From the sequence record SRR31156797_6890: a stretch of 64,000 bases of DNA; one strand, given 5' to 3'. This document shows positions 1 to 9,572 of this stretch, piece after piece. The notes under the pieces are model-generated. The model saw only the letters and a list, made by a program, of their open reading frames with translations. It had not been told where the DNA came from and made no database searches. The position numbers and the translations under genes are program-made. Within the stretch, counting starts at the first letter, position 1. Every line of letters begins with the position of its first letter.

Positions 1-49
1 ACCTCAAAATGCAGCATTCAGAGCTGCATCTTGAGGTTACTTGGGTATA
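1..49. repeat. Short ERIC-family palindromic repeat (Vibrio type), truncated by the window edge
   Basis: ACCTCAAAATGCAGC...GCTGCATCTTGAGGTTACTTGGGTATA forms a hairpin ending in the ERIC-type terminus GGGTATA; homologous to 31653-31704. Confidence 0.75.
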
Positions 50-155
50 TATTAAATCAATTTTTGTGCGTATTTCTCATCTCTAATCCGTTTCTCGGCT
101 TACTATTAAATAGAGTAATCAAAAAAATAATAGCAACGATAAAGCGAGAATAATC

Positions 156-359
156 ATGAAAAACTACATTCAAAAATCGATTACCTGCCCCCATTGTGGT
201 CATCATGTTCCAGTCACTCTGGATTCATCAAATGGCAGCCAGGAGTTCTACGATGATTGCCCTGCGTGCTGTAATCCGATACACATGAATATGACCGTCA
301 ATGAACAGCAAGATGAAATCGAGTTATTTGTAGACGCTGATGACGAACAAATTTTCTAG
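156..359 (+). CDS. CPXCG-motif cysteine-rich small protein (zinc-ribbon-like)
   Basis: CPHCG and CPACC motifs, acidic C-terminus, 67 aa. Confidence 0.8.
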   Translation: MKNYIQKSITCPHCGHHVPVTLDSSNGSQEFYDDCPACCNPIHMNMTVNEQQDEIELFVDADDEQIF

Positions 360-380
360 TGTTTAGACACTAGGACAGCC

Positions 381-989
381 TTATTGCCTTGCAGCAAGGA
401 CTCGTTCAACGGTATCGACAATCGCTTGAGTTTGCGGGTCAAGCTCGACGTTGACCTTGTCGCCTATTTTTCTGTTACCAAACAGCGTTCTTTGAAGAGT
501 TTCAGGTATTAGATGAACATTAAAACGGTTATCGCTAACTTCACCAATCGTCAGTGAGCACCCATCTAAACCGATAAAGCCCTTGGCTAACACATACTTC
601 ATCTGTTCTGGTGCAACCTCAAACCAAATTGTCTTGTTGTTTGGCGTATCGATGACATCAGTGATAGTTGCTAAACACATAATGTGTCCAGACATAGTAT
701 GCCCACCGATTTCATCACCAAACTTAGCCGCACGCTCAACATTGACCATAGAGCCAACTTGAACCTCTCCTAAGTTTGTCAGCTTAAGTGTTTCTTGCAT
801 CAAATCGAAGGAAACTAACGAACCATCTATCTTTGTCACTGTTAGACAGCAACCGTTATGAGCGACAGAAGCTCCTACAGAAAGCCCTTCATTTAATGGT
901 GATTCAAGGCTAATCACGTGGGTTTGGAAGTTATCTTTTTTATCAATCGACACGACTTTTGCCATGCCTTGAACAATCCCGGTGAACAT
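381..989 (-). CDS. ribC: Riboflavin synthase (alpha chain)
   Basis: N-terminal MFTGIV, NGCCLTV, VNVER, GGH; divergent from a MATE gene as in E. coli ribC/mdtK. Confidence 0.95.
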   Translation of the reverse strand: MFTGIVQGMAKVVSIDKKDNFQTHVISLESPLNEGLSVGASVAHNGCCLTVTKIDGSLVSFDLMQETLKLTNLGEVQVGSMVNVERAAKFGDEIGGHTMSGHIMCLATITDVIDTPNNKTIWFEVAPEQMKYVLAKGFIGLDGCSLTIGEVSDNRFNVHLIPETLQRTLFGNRKIGDKVNVELDPQTQAIVDTVERVLAARQ

Positions 990-1156
990 TTTATTTTTCC
1001 GTTAGTTTTTCGTGGTGTTCAGTGTGACATTTCTTTATCATTCACACCAGCAACTCCTACCGAACAACACAAATCGCTGCCAATGCATTCGTTCGGTAAA
1101 CAAAATATCTAATAATAACTAACTCAACGTCATGTTCGTTCCTCTCGGAGAAATTT

Positions 1157-2527
1157 GTGCATCCTTATAAGAAAGAAATCAATAAGTTAGTAAAGTTATC
1201 AACGCCAGTGCTCATCGCATCGATAGCACAAACAGGGATGAGTTTCGTTGATACCGTTATGGCAGGTGGCGTCAGCGCAATAGATTTAGCTGCAGTGTCT
1301 GTCGCATCAAGTATTTGGATGCCGACTATTCTATTTGGTATTGGTCTACTTATGGCTTTGGTTCCGGTTGTTGCTCAACTCAACGGTTCCGGTCGCCAAC
1401 ATAAAATAGCCTCAGAAATATTTCAAGGTGGCTATTTAGCGCTGTTCATCTGTGTTCCAACCATATTAGTACTGCTGCAAACAGGCAATATTATGCAGTT
1501 GATGGATGTTGAAACTTTAATGGCAGAAAAAACCATCGGCTATATACACGCTGTCAGTTTCGCCGTGCCAGCCTTCCTGTTGTTTCAGGTTCTGCGCAGT
1601 TTTGCTGAGGGGATGTCACTCACTAAACCCGCAATGGTTATTGGCTTTATTGGCTTATTGATCAACATTCCGCTTAACTGGATCTTTGTTTACGGCAAGC
1701 TTGGCATGCCAGCTTTAGGCGGTGTTGGATGTGGCGTAGCAACGATGATTGTTTACTGGCTGATGTTTTTCATGTTGCTGTTTTATGTCGCCACATCCGA
1801 CCGACTTGCGCATATTCAATTGTTCGCCCAGTTCCAAAAGCCACATTTCAAACCGCAATGGCGTTTGTTTAAACTGGGATTGCCGGTTGCTGCAGCGCTA
1901 TTCTTTGAAGTCACCTTATTTGCGGTCGTAGCCGTATTGCTTGCCCCTTTAGGTTCATTAATTGTTGCTGCTCATCAGGTTGCGATTAACTTCGCGTCGC
2001 TTATTTTTATGTTACCAATGAGTATCGGTGCGGCAGTGTCGATCCGTGTTGGTCATACACTTGGTGAAAACGACACTAAGGGTGCGGCAGTTGCTTCTAA
2101 CGTTGGTTTGTTATTCGGTGTTTCGACAGCCATAATTACCGCTGCGTTAACCGTTTTGTTCCGTGAACAAGTTTCGTATTTATATACAGAAAACCGCGAA
2201 GTTGTTTCACTCGCAATGCAACTACTGATTTTCTCGGCCATTTATCAATGTACGGATGCAATTCAGGTTATCGGTGCTGGCGCATTACGTGGTTATAAAG
2301 ATATGAACGCAATTTTTGTGCGGACCTTTATTGCTTATTGGTTACTTGGATTACCAACCGGCTACATACTGGCAATGACGGATTGGATAGTTGAGCCTAT
2401 GGGTGCACAAGGTTTTTGGATTGGATTTATCGTCGGCCTAAGTTCCGCCGCAATTATGCTTGGATTACGTTTATTCTGGATCCAAAACCAAGATGAGCAA
2501 GTCCAACTGAGATTTGCTGAGAAATAA
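1157..2527 (+). CDS. norM: MATE-family multidrug efflux transporter (NorM/VcmA/MdtK)
   Basis: 456 aa hydrophobic protein; FVDTVMAG, PALGGVGCG, FFEVTLF, RGYKD motifs; GTG start. Confidence 0.93.
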   Translation: MHPYKKEINKLVKLSTPVLIASIAQTGMSFVDTVMAGGVSAIDLAAVSVASSIWMPTILFGIGLLMALVPVVAQLNGSGRQHKIASEIFQGGYLALFICVPTILVLLQTGNIMQLMDVETLMAEKTIGYIHAVSFAVPAFLLFQVLRSFAEGMSLTKPAMVIGFIGLLINIPLNWIFVYGKLGMPALGGVGCGVATMIVYWLMFFMLLFYVATSDRLAHIQLFAQFQKPHFKPQWRLFKLGLPVAAALFFEVTLFAVVAVLLAPLGSLIVAAHQVAINFASLIFMLPMSIGAAVSIRVGHTLGENDTKGAAVASNVGLLFGVSTAIITAALTVLFREQVSYLYTENREVVSLAMQLLIFSAIYQCTDAIQVIGAGALRGYKDMNAIFVRTFIAYWLLGLPTGYILAMTDWIVEPMGAQGFWIGFIVGLSSAAIMLGLRLFWIQNQDEQVQLRFAEK

Positions 2528-2533
2528 TGTTAT

Positions 2534-2559
2534 AAGGTCAGCATACGCTGACCTTTTTT
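2534..2559 (+). terminator. Intrinsic terminator after norM
   Basis: AAGGTCAGC-ATAC-GCTGACCTT followed by T-run. Confidence 0.85.
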
Positions 2560-2672
2560 ATTCTGAATCTTTGTCAGCATAAGTGGTTTCTAACCCACTT
2601 AAAACCGATTGGTAGGTATCAATTTCACACACAAAAACAACCATCTTTTCAATCAAACTCATCGTATATCTC

Positions 2673-3515
2673 CTACTTCTGTTTCACCAAGTTATGAATG
2701 TGCATACGTCCCGCAATCAGCCCCATGCTATAACCATGATCTAATGTTGCTTTATTCATCGTTAATCGTTTAACGGCGAAGTGCTCCGGTGGCGCTATCA
2801 CTCGAATGCGCGCATCTTTGGGGGGGTTACGAATAAACTCCAAAGATCCATTATATTTTTCAGCTCTAGCCGTTACCGATTTAGCCACTTCTGGATAACG
2901 AGCAAACAGTTTCTTCATCATCCATTCGCTCTTCACTTTTGGCATCTCGTAACTCTCAGGGTGTGACAGCACTACAGTAATGTCCCTCGCGCCACGTCGG
3001 TAGGCTTCTTTGACAGGAATAGAATCAGAAACACCACCATCGGTGTAACAACGCCCATCAAAACAAGGAGTTTTCTTGTAAGCAATTGGCAACGCCGATG
3101 TGGCTTCTATCGCAGTGGCAAAGTTATCCGGCGTAACACGGTAGTAATCGGGTTTTCCAGTACTGATGTTTGTTGCCGCTGCATAAAATGGGATGGCGCC
3201 AAACAGTGCCGTTTCATTAATAGGATAACGTTGGTTTGCTTCATCAATCAGCCAACGAACGTCAACTAAATCCCCACCTCTTAAAAAACGGCCTGGGCTA
3301 TAAAAGCGACTGCTCGTGGCAAGCTGCGTAATAACTTGATAGCTACGAAGCGGTTGGTTCGATAAATAACCGACAAGATTAGACGCCCCAGCTGAAACAC
3401 CCATAACGAAATCATAAGGTCGGTGATTTAACTCCATAAAGGAATCCAGAACCCCACTTGCGAATATACCGCGCATCGCTCCGCCTTCAACGACGAGTGC
3501 TTTTTCCCCTGCCAT
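2673..3515 (-). CDS. Patatin-like phospholipase family protein
   Basis: EGGAMRG, GVSAG (GxSxG) and DGG motifs. Confidence 0.9.
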   Translation of the reverse strand: MAGEKALVVEGGAMRGIFASGVLDSFMELNHRPYDFVMGVSAGASNLVGYLSNQPLRSYQVITQLATSSRFYSPGRFLRGGDLVDVRWLIDEANQRYPINETALFGAIPFYAAATNISTGKPDYYRVTPDNFATAIEATSALPIAYKKTPCFDGRCYTDGGVSDSIPVKEAYRRGARDITVVLSHPESYEMPKVKSEWMMKKLFARYPEVAKSVTARAEKYNGSLEFIRNPPKDARIRVIAPPEHFAVKRLTMNKATLDHGYSMGLIAGRMHIHNLVKQK

Positions 3516-3628
3516 TATCTTTGCCCATATTATTGTTTTGATATTAATAAGATAAAGCGTGTCGATTCAGCTCGCAAATGGGTTTCAGTTATCAATGGGA
3601 TAGTTACCGCCAATTAAACCAAATCATT

Positions 3629-4360
3629 TTAGGCAGATATTGGTTGCTTGTGTTTATTGGCACTGAGTCGAGGACAGTTCGCACACACAGGTCGTCCATC
3701 ACACTTATAGACTAGACAACAGCTGGTTCGTACCAGAGTTAAGCGTTGAGTTTGCTGATCAAACTTGAGACTGTCGAGATGCTTCTCCGGCAAATCAAAA
3801 GCAGATAGCCAGTATTTTGCTTGTTCAACAATCATTTGGTTTGAATAAGATGGCCGGGCTTTCTGTAACCGAAGTAAACAGTTAAGCAAGTGGTCAGCTA
3901 AAAGGTGATTAGTGAAACCTGGTCGAATCCTCCCCCACTGGTTGATGGCAGAACGGTAACGTTCGAACAGTTGATTGAGTTGTTCTGCAGCGTTTTGAAT
4001 AAGTGTTTCCCTGCGTGCTGATATCCACGAATGAGGTTCAAAACTAAACCCTGTAATGAAGCATTCTTTTTGATACTGAGCCATTCTCGTTAAGTCTGGA
4101 AGCGACTTTTGGCCATAAATGGCGATAAATGAAATAAATATAGGTTGCCAACAAAGCAGATCCCAAGTGCGAGTTAACCAATAGGCTTGCCCCGCTTCAG
4201 GATGGTTATTGGCAAGTTGAGAATACAGAACTTGAAGGGATTGAGTGTCGGTAGCATCACGTAAATTGTGATGGTTTTGCTCAATAAAACCATCTAAGTA
4301 CGGTGTAACGCTGCGAGCATGGTCAAATAGACGTTCAAATTGTTGTTGTGAAGATTCCAT
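3629..4360 (-). CDS. Siderophore ferric-iron reductase (FhuF-like, 2Fe-2S)
   Basis: C-terminal RTSCC-x10-C-x2-C motif; Fur-like boxes upstream; ATG at 4360 preferred over TTG at 4366. Confidence 0.82.
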   Translation of the reverse strand: MESSQQQFERLFDHARSVTPYLDGFIEQNHHNLRDATDTQSLQVLYSQLANNHPEAGQAYWLTRTWDLLCWQPIFISFIAIYGQKSLPDLTRMAQYQKECFITGFSFEPHSWISARRETLIQNAAEQLNQLFERYRSAINQWGRIRPGFTNHLLADHLLNCLLRLQKARPSYSNQMIVEQAKYWLSAFDLPEKHLDSLKFDQQTQRLTLVRTSCCLVYKCDGRPVCANCPRLSANKHKQPISA

Positions 4361-4395
4361 AAACAACGCTGATTAACGAATGTTAAACCGATTGT

Positions 4396-4431
4396 ATGAA
4401 TAATCATTATCACATGCAAATGGTTATCATT
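4396..4431. promoter_or_regulatory. Tandem Fur-box-like sites upstream of the siderophore reductase
   Basis: Minus strand reads AATGATAACCATTTGCATGTGATAATGATTATTCAT, resembling the GATAATGATAATCATTATC Fur consensus twice. Confidence 0.75.
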
Positions 4432-4437
4432 AAATAC

Positions 4438-4466
4438 AAAAAAGACCTAATGACTTAGGCCTTTTC
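4438..4466 (-). terminator. Intrinsic terminator after the TonB2 operon
   Basis: Minus strand AGGCCTAA-GTCA-TTAGGTCT followed by T-run. Confidence 0.7.
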
Positions 4467-4492
4467 TTTATCGCTGTATAGCCATCACGCAA

Positions 4493-5671
4493 CTACGACG
4501 TTCGTTGCTCTGTCGCCTTTCTCAATTGAGATAAGTACTTAATCCAACTTTGTGCTTCTTTCGACGGCTCAATGTTATTCGCTTTCTTTGCTTCTATTAA
4601 AGCGGGTTCCAGCTGATTGAGCTTATAAAGCGCCCTTGCCTTAGCTAAAGCGACATCCGCTTGCTTATCTTTTTGCTTAACGTGGTTCAGTGCTACCAAA
4701 GCATCTTGATAACGCGCTTGTTGCATCAATATCTGGGCGATATTCCAGTGATATTTTGTATCAAACTCGCTTGCTAGCTGCCATACATCAATGGCTTTAT
4801 TCCACTCTCTCGCTTGTTGCCAGTAGAACGCACGTTGGGTAATGATTTGAATGTCTGAACTTGCACCTTCGACTTGTTCCAACACTTTAGCTGCCCGCTC
4901 TGGGATTTTGTTATTGGCATACAGTTGAGCGAGGAGTTTTAGATCGGCATCACTCAGTTGAATATTTTGCAGTTTTGCCAAGCTCAAACTGCTCAACGCA
5001 TCACTACGCTTGCCGGTTTTTAGTTCAAGGTTTACCAGTTGAAGCCACCAATTACTGCGTTGAGGCTCGAGGTTTATCAGACGCTTCAGGGTTGGAATTG
5101 CCTGTTTCCATTTTTCCAACTGCATTTGTGCACCCAGTTTTACTGACAAAGGTGTTACCTCATCCGGTAATTTGAATTTATCGTACTCACCAATAGCGGT
5201 TAACGCTTTGTTCCACTGCTCGATTTGGTAATGTACTTGGGCGATTCTAAGCCACATCTCATACGCTTTTTGAGTACTAGGAACGTTTTTCACCAACTGA
5301 TAGTAATGAGGTAATGAACGGTTATACTGCTGATCCATGAGCAGAAGATCAGCAAGCATTTTCTGCGTTTGCCATCCTTGTTCATCTTCAAGCTCGCCAC
5401 TGGCTACCGCTTTTTCTAGCGAAGAGATGGCTGGCTTTACTTGCTCATTCTGCCAATAAAACACGCCTAACATGCGATCAAAATAAGCTCTATCATAACC
5501 ACGCGATACGTCCGACTCTTTCAATACCGTAATGGCTTGCGATAACTTATCTTCCTGAGCGAACTGATTGGCTTTCATCGCCTTATTTGCGGCATATTGA
5601 CTTAACTCTGCGGCAATACTGCTTGTCGCAGAGCTCAGTAGTAATAAGCTGAACAATACTCTTTTGATCAT
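4493..5671 (-). CDS. ttpD2: Exported TPR-repeat protein of the TonB2 cluster (TtpD2)
   Basis: Signal peptide, TPR-like helical repeats, last gene of the tonB cluster. Confidence 0.8.
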   Translation of the reverse strand: MIKRVLFSLLLLSSATSSIAAELSQYAANKAMKANQFAQEDKLSQAITVLKESDVSRGYDRAYFDRMLGVFYWQNEQVKPAISSLEKAVASGELEDEQGWQTQKMLADLLLMDQQYNRSLPHYYQLVKNVPSTQKAYEMWLRIAQVHYQIEQWNKALTAIGEYDKFKLPDEVTPLSVKLGAQMQLEKWKQAIPTLKRLINLEPQRSNWWLQLVNLELKTGKRSDALSSLSLAKLQNIQLSDADLKLLAQLYANNKIPERAAKVLEQVEGASSDIQIITQRAFYWQQAREWNKAIDVWQLASEFDTKYHWNIAQILMQQARYQDALVALNHVKQKDKQADVALAKARALYKLNQLEPALIEAKKANNIEPSKEAQSWIKYLSQLRKATEQRTS

Positions 5672-6288
5672 TTGGCTAACCTAAACTCTAATTTCACTGA
5701 TTGGCCTGGTTGAGTTACCGCTTTCCCATCCATTAGCTTTGGTTGATACTTCCAATTTCGTAACGCGCGCATAGCGTCACGTTCAAACATTCTTCTCGGT
5801 TGGGCTTCGACAACAGTAATATCGGTAGGTCTGCCCGTTTCATCAATGGTAAAGCTCATCACCACATAACCTTCAATCCCACGCTTGAGTGCACGTGATG
5901 GATAAGACGGCTCAACTCTATGTAACGGCATCGCTTGTTGGTTAACACCAAAGTCGCCGAAAGTTGGTGCATTAATCGCTATACCGTTAATCGACGTATC
6001 CAAACCGAGTGATGGTACGCTGGAAAGCTTCACGGTATTAGTCACCGTGTTCTGGCTTTTAGAAACTGGCGACTCCGGAGGTGGCTCAGGCATTTCAGGC
6101 TGTTCAGGAACACTACGCTGGCGTCTTTGTACAGCGTTGTCCTGCTCCATCATCACCATGTTGAAACTCAAAGGTTCACTCGCCTTTGGCGCGCGTTGAT
6201 TACCGTGGTCAACCATCCATGCCATAAATGAAAACAGACTTAAACAAATGAGTGCTGCGAATGGAGTCGCAAACAGTAGCCTCAGCAT
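5668..6288 (-). CDS. tonB2: Energy transducer TonB (short, Vibrio TonB2 type)
   Basis: N-terminal TM helix, Pro-rich linker, C-terminal YP-x-RA-x-x-x-GIEG...W-K-Y-x-P domain. Confidence 0.92.
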   Translation of the reverse strand: MLRLLFATPFAALICLSLFSFMAWMVDHGNQRAPKASEPLSFNMVMMEQDNAVQRRQRSVPEQPEMPEPPPESPVSKSQNTVTNTVKLSSVPSLGLDTSINGIAINAPTFGDFGVNQQAMPLHRVEPSYPSRALKRGIEGYVVMSFTIDETGRPTDITVVEAQPRRMFERDAMRALRNWKYQPKLMDGKAVTQPGQSVKLEFRLAK

Positions 6289-6692
6289 TAGTGTTTCTCC
6301 GCCGCCAGAGCGATGTTTTTAACCCCCGCCCCTTTTGCCGCATCCATCACTTTTACTACTGTACCGTTGTATGCGTGTTCATCGGCTTGAATCACCAATG
6401 ACGCTTCAGGTTGTTCGAGTAACAAATGTTCAAGTGTCGCTTGCACACGTTCAACATCAATTTGACGTTTATCGATATAAATATCATTGGCTGAAGTGAT
6501 CGCGACGAAGATTCCCGCATCTTTCTGACTAACAACATTCGAAGCAGTTGGACGGTTCACTTCCACACCCGACTCTCTTACAAACGAACTGGTCACGATG
6601 AAGAAAATCAGCATAATAAACACGATATCCAGCATCGACGTAAGATCGATTTGCGCTTCTTCTTGTTGTGATTGGCGTCGGCCGAGTCTCAT
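6288..6692 (-). CDS. exbD2: Biopolymer transport protein ExbD
   Basis: IDLTSMLDIVFIMLIFF motif; ATG at 6692 overlaps the exbB stop. Confidence 0.92.
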   Translation of the reverse strand: MRLGRRQSQQEEAQIDLTSMLDIVFIMLIFFIVTSSFVRESGVEVNRPTASNVVSQKDAGIFVAITSANDIYIDKRQIDVERVQATLEHLLLEQPEASLVIQADEHAYNGTVVKVMDAAKGAGVKNIALAAEKH

Positions 6693-7231
6693 CGCTGACT
6701 CCTTAAAGATTTTTCTAATTTCATTTCTAGTAGGCGGCACTTTTTCACTAGGCGAGCATGAACAAACATGCCCGCAAGTGCAGCAACCATTCCTGCCATC
6801 GTTGGTAATGTGGCGAGAGAGATCCCCGATGCCATCAATTTTGGATCGCTACTGCCCTGCGTCGCCATAACATCAAACACAGAGATCATCCCTGTCACCG
6901 TTCCGAGCAACCCCAACATCGGGCAAATCGCGACCATCACTTTGATGATGTTCAGGTTTTGAGTAAGACCAATATGTGCCTCGCTAATCCAACCTTGCTT
7001 TATGGCATGGGCATGCCAAGTGTTGTGTTCTGCTCTCGTATGCCACTTGTCGATCCACTGCTTGCGCTGTTTGGGGAAGCTAAAAGCCAAATAGAGGATC
7101 CGCTCTACCACTAGAAGCCAACACACCGCGACGACAGCCGCTAACCACCACAGTATTGTTCCACCCTGAGCCATAAACTCTGAAAGCGGTAGCAATAAGT
7201 TGTTAAGTGGTAATAACCAGTCTGCTTGCAT
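6689..7231 (-). CDS. exbB2: MotA/TolQ/ExbB proton channel protein
   Basis: PMLGLLGTVTGMI and GISLATLPTMAG motifs. Confidence 0.9.
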   Translation of the reverse strand: MQADWLLPLNNLLLPLSEFMAQGGTILWWLAAVVAVCWLLVVERILYLAFSFPKQRKQWIDKWHTRAEHNTWHAHAIKQGWISEAHIGLTQNLNIIKVMVAICPMLGLLGTVTGMISVFDVMATQGSSDPKLMASGISLATLPTMAGMVAALAGMFVHARLVKKCRLLEMKLEKSLRSQR

Positions 7232-7240
7232 GCTCTATCC

Positions 7241-8602
7241 CTACGCTGCATTAACCATGCTTGCAGTTGTTGACTGCTGGCTTTCGCTTTCGGCTTGTTC
7301 TGCGACTAAGCCGATACCTTGCTTCTCAAGAATGTTGCGAATATTTTCGGCTTGAGTACTAAGAATGTTGTGCGCCAATAGCAATGGCATTGCCGCAACT
7401 AGGCCTAATACCGTGGTGACTAACGCCATTGAGATTCCGCCAGCCATCACCTTAGGATCGCCATTACCAAACTGAGTGATAACCTGGAAAGTCTCAATCA
7501 TACCAGTTACCGTACCTAACAGACCCAACATAGGAGCAAGTGCTGCTAACAGCTTCAACATTGATAACCCTTTCTCTAACCCGGTTTGTTCATCCACAAC
7601 TGCTTCAAGTAAACGAAGTTCAAGAGCCTCAACACTGCGATGTTTCTCTTTATCGTGAACGGACAACACTCGTCCAAGAGGGTTGTTTCCCGGCTGCTGA
7701 GGATTTTTGAGTTGAGCGGCAATCTTGCTGCGTGCAACGGCTAATGAAACACCTCTGTAAAGAGCAATCAGCAGTCCAATCGCAAGAAGGCCCATAATTA
7801 TTTTACCAATGACTCCACCGGCCTCTAAACGCTGTTCCAACGTAGGCGTTAATGCCAATTGCTCGAGCAAAATACCATGCGATGGATCGAGTAAAATAGA
7901 GCTGGAACTATCCATACTTTGCAATGAACTTAGTGTCGGGCCGTTTTCAGGTTGAACCTTATACGCAACCGCATCTTTACGTGCATTGTTCCATTGTAGG
8001 TAGCCTTGTTCTGCTACCACACCAAACGCGCCAATACGCATAGCTGGTACTTGCTGTTTACGGCCTTCACCATCAATGAGAGTAATTTCATTGTCAGTAA
8101 TCTCACCACTGGCTTGGATCTGCTCTTCCATCGAATGCCACAACCCTGTTAGTTGTTTCATCGATGGCAAAGATTTAGCCGCAACGATATCTTCAATAAT
8201 GTGCGATTGCGTTTGGCGGTCGATTCCAGTGACAGATTGGGACAAATCACCTTGTATCTCTTTAGCATTTTGTCTTACGACACCGAATATTTCACCGAGG
8301 CTGCCTGTTTCCAAACGCAGCTTCTCTTCTAAACGCGCTAGGCTATTTTCATTTTTACTAAACTGAGACGAAAGTTTGTCAGCTTGTGCTTGTAGGGTTT
8401 CACGTTGAGTTACCAACTGTGCTTTCTTTTCTTTTAGCTGCTGCTCAGTCATTTTAAACACTGACTCTCGTTCAGCATTATGAGTGCGTTGGACACTACT
8501 TTCTGATTTCGCTTGTTGGACCATGTTGCTTTCGGCAAACGACGAAGACGCCATGCCAGCCATTAGAACAGCACAAAGTATTGGAGCAAATTTCTGGTTC
8601 AT
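7241..8602 (-). CDS. ttpC2: TtpC: large periplasmic domain plus C-terminal ExbB-like domain
   Basis: Signal peptide from ATG 8602 (GGAGG upstream), coiled coil, APMLGLLGTVTGMI; position upstream of exbB. Confidence 0.88.
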   Translation of the reverse strand: MNQKFAPILCAVLMAGMASSSFAESNMVQQAKSESSVQRTHNAERESVFKMTEQQLKEKKAQLVTQRETLQAQADKLSSQFSKNENSLARLEEKLRLETGSLGEIFGVVRQNAKEIQGDLSQSVTGIDRQTQSHIIEDIVAAKSLPSMKQLTGLWHSMEEQIQASGEITDNEITLIDGEGRKQQVPAMRIGAFGVVAEQGYLQWNNARKDAVAYKVQPENGPTLSSLQSMDSSSSILLDPSHGILLEQLALTPTLEQRLEAGGVIGKIIMGLLAIGLLIALYRGVSLAVARSKIAAQLKNPQQPGNNPLGRVLSVHDKEKHRSVEALELRLLEAVVDEQTGLEKGLSMLKLLAALAPMLGLLGTVTGMIETFQVITQFGNGDPKVMAGGISMALVTTVLGLVAAMPLLLAHNILSTQAENIRNILEKQGIGLVAEQAESESQQSTTASMVNAA

Positions 8603-8603
8603 C

Positions 8604-9374
8604 TTAATTTGCCTCCGATTTAGCAAGCGAAATAGGTAAGTTAAGCAAGGTTGGTGCAATTTGTTGGGTCGCTAAACTGTAGGCGGTGTCGAGATCGGAC
8701 TTAAAGCTAGCGTCCAGCTGTTGCCATTGCTTATTAACCTGATCCCAATGCCAATACTGGCTCGCGTTAGGATTACGAGCGATAAGAGCAACACGGCCAA
8801 GATAAAGAATATCCACATCAACGGCATCATTATCATTTAAGGTAATTTGTCCTTGATAAGAACCTAACTTTCTGCCGTAGTCCATTTCAATTTGATAGGC
8901 CTCAAGAATTCGTCTGAATTTTTCAGCATCACTGACATCAGCTCTTGGCATTAGAGTTTTTAATTTTTCCAAACGCTCAGTTCTAGCCTGAAGACGAATA
9001 GGCTTATCCTCTTCAACAAGACGCTGTAACCCGTCGATCATTTGATACATCAAAGGCACGATGCCCTGACGAGTATCTTTGATCTCTTCAATTTGAGTAT
9101 CTAGGCTCACCATTTCTTGCTGCTGGTTATCCACCAACGCTTGCAAGTGATTACGGTAAATCTCAAGATTTTTGACTTGTTCGGTAAGTTGTTCAATCTC
9201 GGCCTGCAACGCGGTAGCTGAAGCAGAACTTTTATCAATTCGATTCTGGCTAGCAGCGGACGCTGCATTGGTTTTATTCTGTATCGCTTTAGCTTGATCA
9301 ACTGAATTCGCACTGACTGGCAATGCTGCCGCCAATGAAATAAGGACAAGGCTGGGTTTAAAAAGATTCATCAT
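8604..9374 (-). CDS. ttpB2: DUF3450-type exported coiled-coil protein (TtpB2)
   Basis: Signal peptide, coiled coil, EKFRRILEAYQIEMDYG, LGRVAL; first gene of the cluster. Confidence 0.82.
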   Translation of the reverse strand: MMNLFKPSLVLISLAAALPVSANSVDQAKAIQNKTNAASAASQNRIDKSSASATALQAEIEQLTEQVKNLEIYRNHLQALVDNQQQEMVSLDTQIEEIKDTRQGIVPLMYQMIDGLQRLVEEDKPIRLQARTERLEKLKTLMPRADVSDAEKFRRILEAYQIEMDYGRKLGSYQGQITLNDNDAVDVDILYLGRVALIARNPNASQYWHWDQVNKQWQQLDASFKSDLDTAYSLATQQIAPTLLNLPISLAKSEAN

Positions 9375-9412
9375 ATTAATCTAATGCCGCTCAATGTTGC
9401 ATAAATGCTATT

Positions 9413-9431
9413 GATAAACGCTCTCATTATC
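9413..9431. promoter_or_regulatory. Fur-box-like site upstream of the TonB2 operon
   Basis: Minus strand GATAATGAGAGCGTTTATC, 14/19 match to the Fur consensus. Confidence 0.6.
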
Positions 9432-9540
9432 AACTAGATTTTAAGATTGTAACGACTTTTTGCTGTTACGACAATGATGTGGCGCAGTTTAGGCAAAAGG
9501 CTTAAATCGTATAGAGGATGTCTTAGGTTAAGAAACAAAC

Positions 9541-9567
9541 AAAGGGCAGGAAAACCTGCCCTTTTTT
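9541..9567. terminator. Intrinsic terminator after the LDH-like gene
   Basis: AAAGGGCAGG-AAAA-CCTGCCCTTT with A/T runs on both sides. Confidence 0.85.
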
Positions 9568-9572
9568 AGCGT

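Noticed and set aside
918-1112. 64-aa ORF between ribC and norM
   Set aside because: Overlaps ribC antisense and the divergent promoter; no RBS or motif.
6693-8659. Extended N-termini given by the ORF track for exbD and ttpC (also cbiG, the M20 peptidase and the YjgK-family gene)
   Set aside because: Downstream starts have better RBS spacing and family-typical N-termini; the extensions overlap neighbouring genes or promoters.
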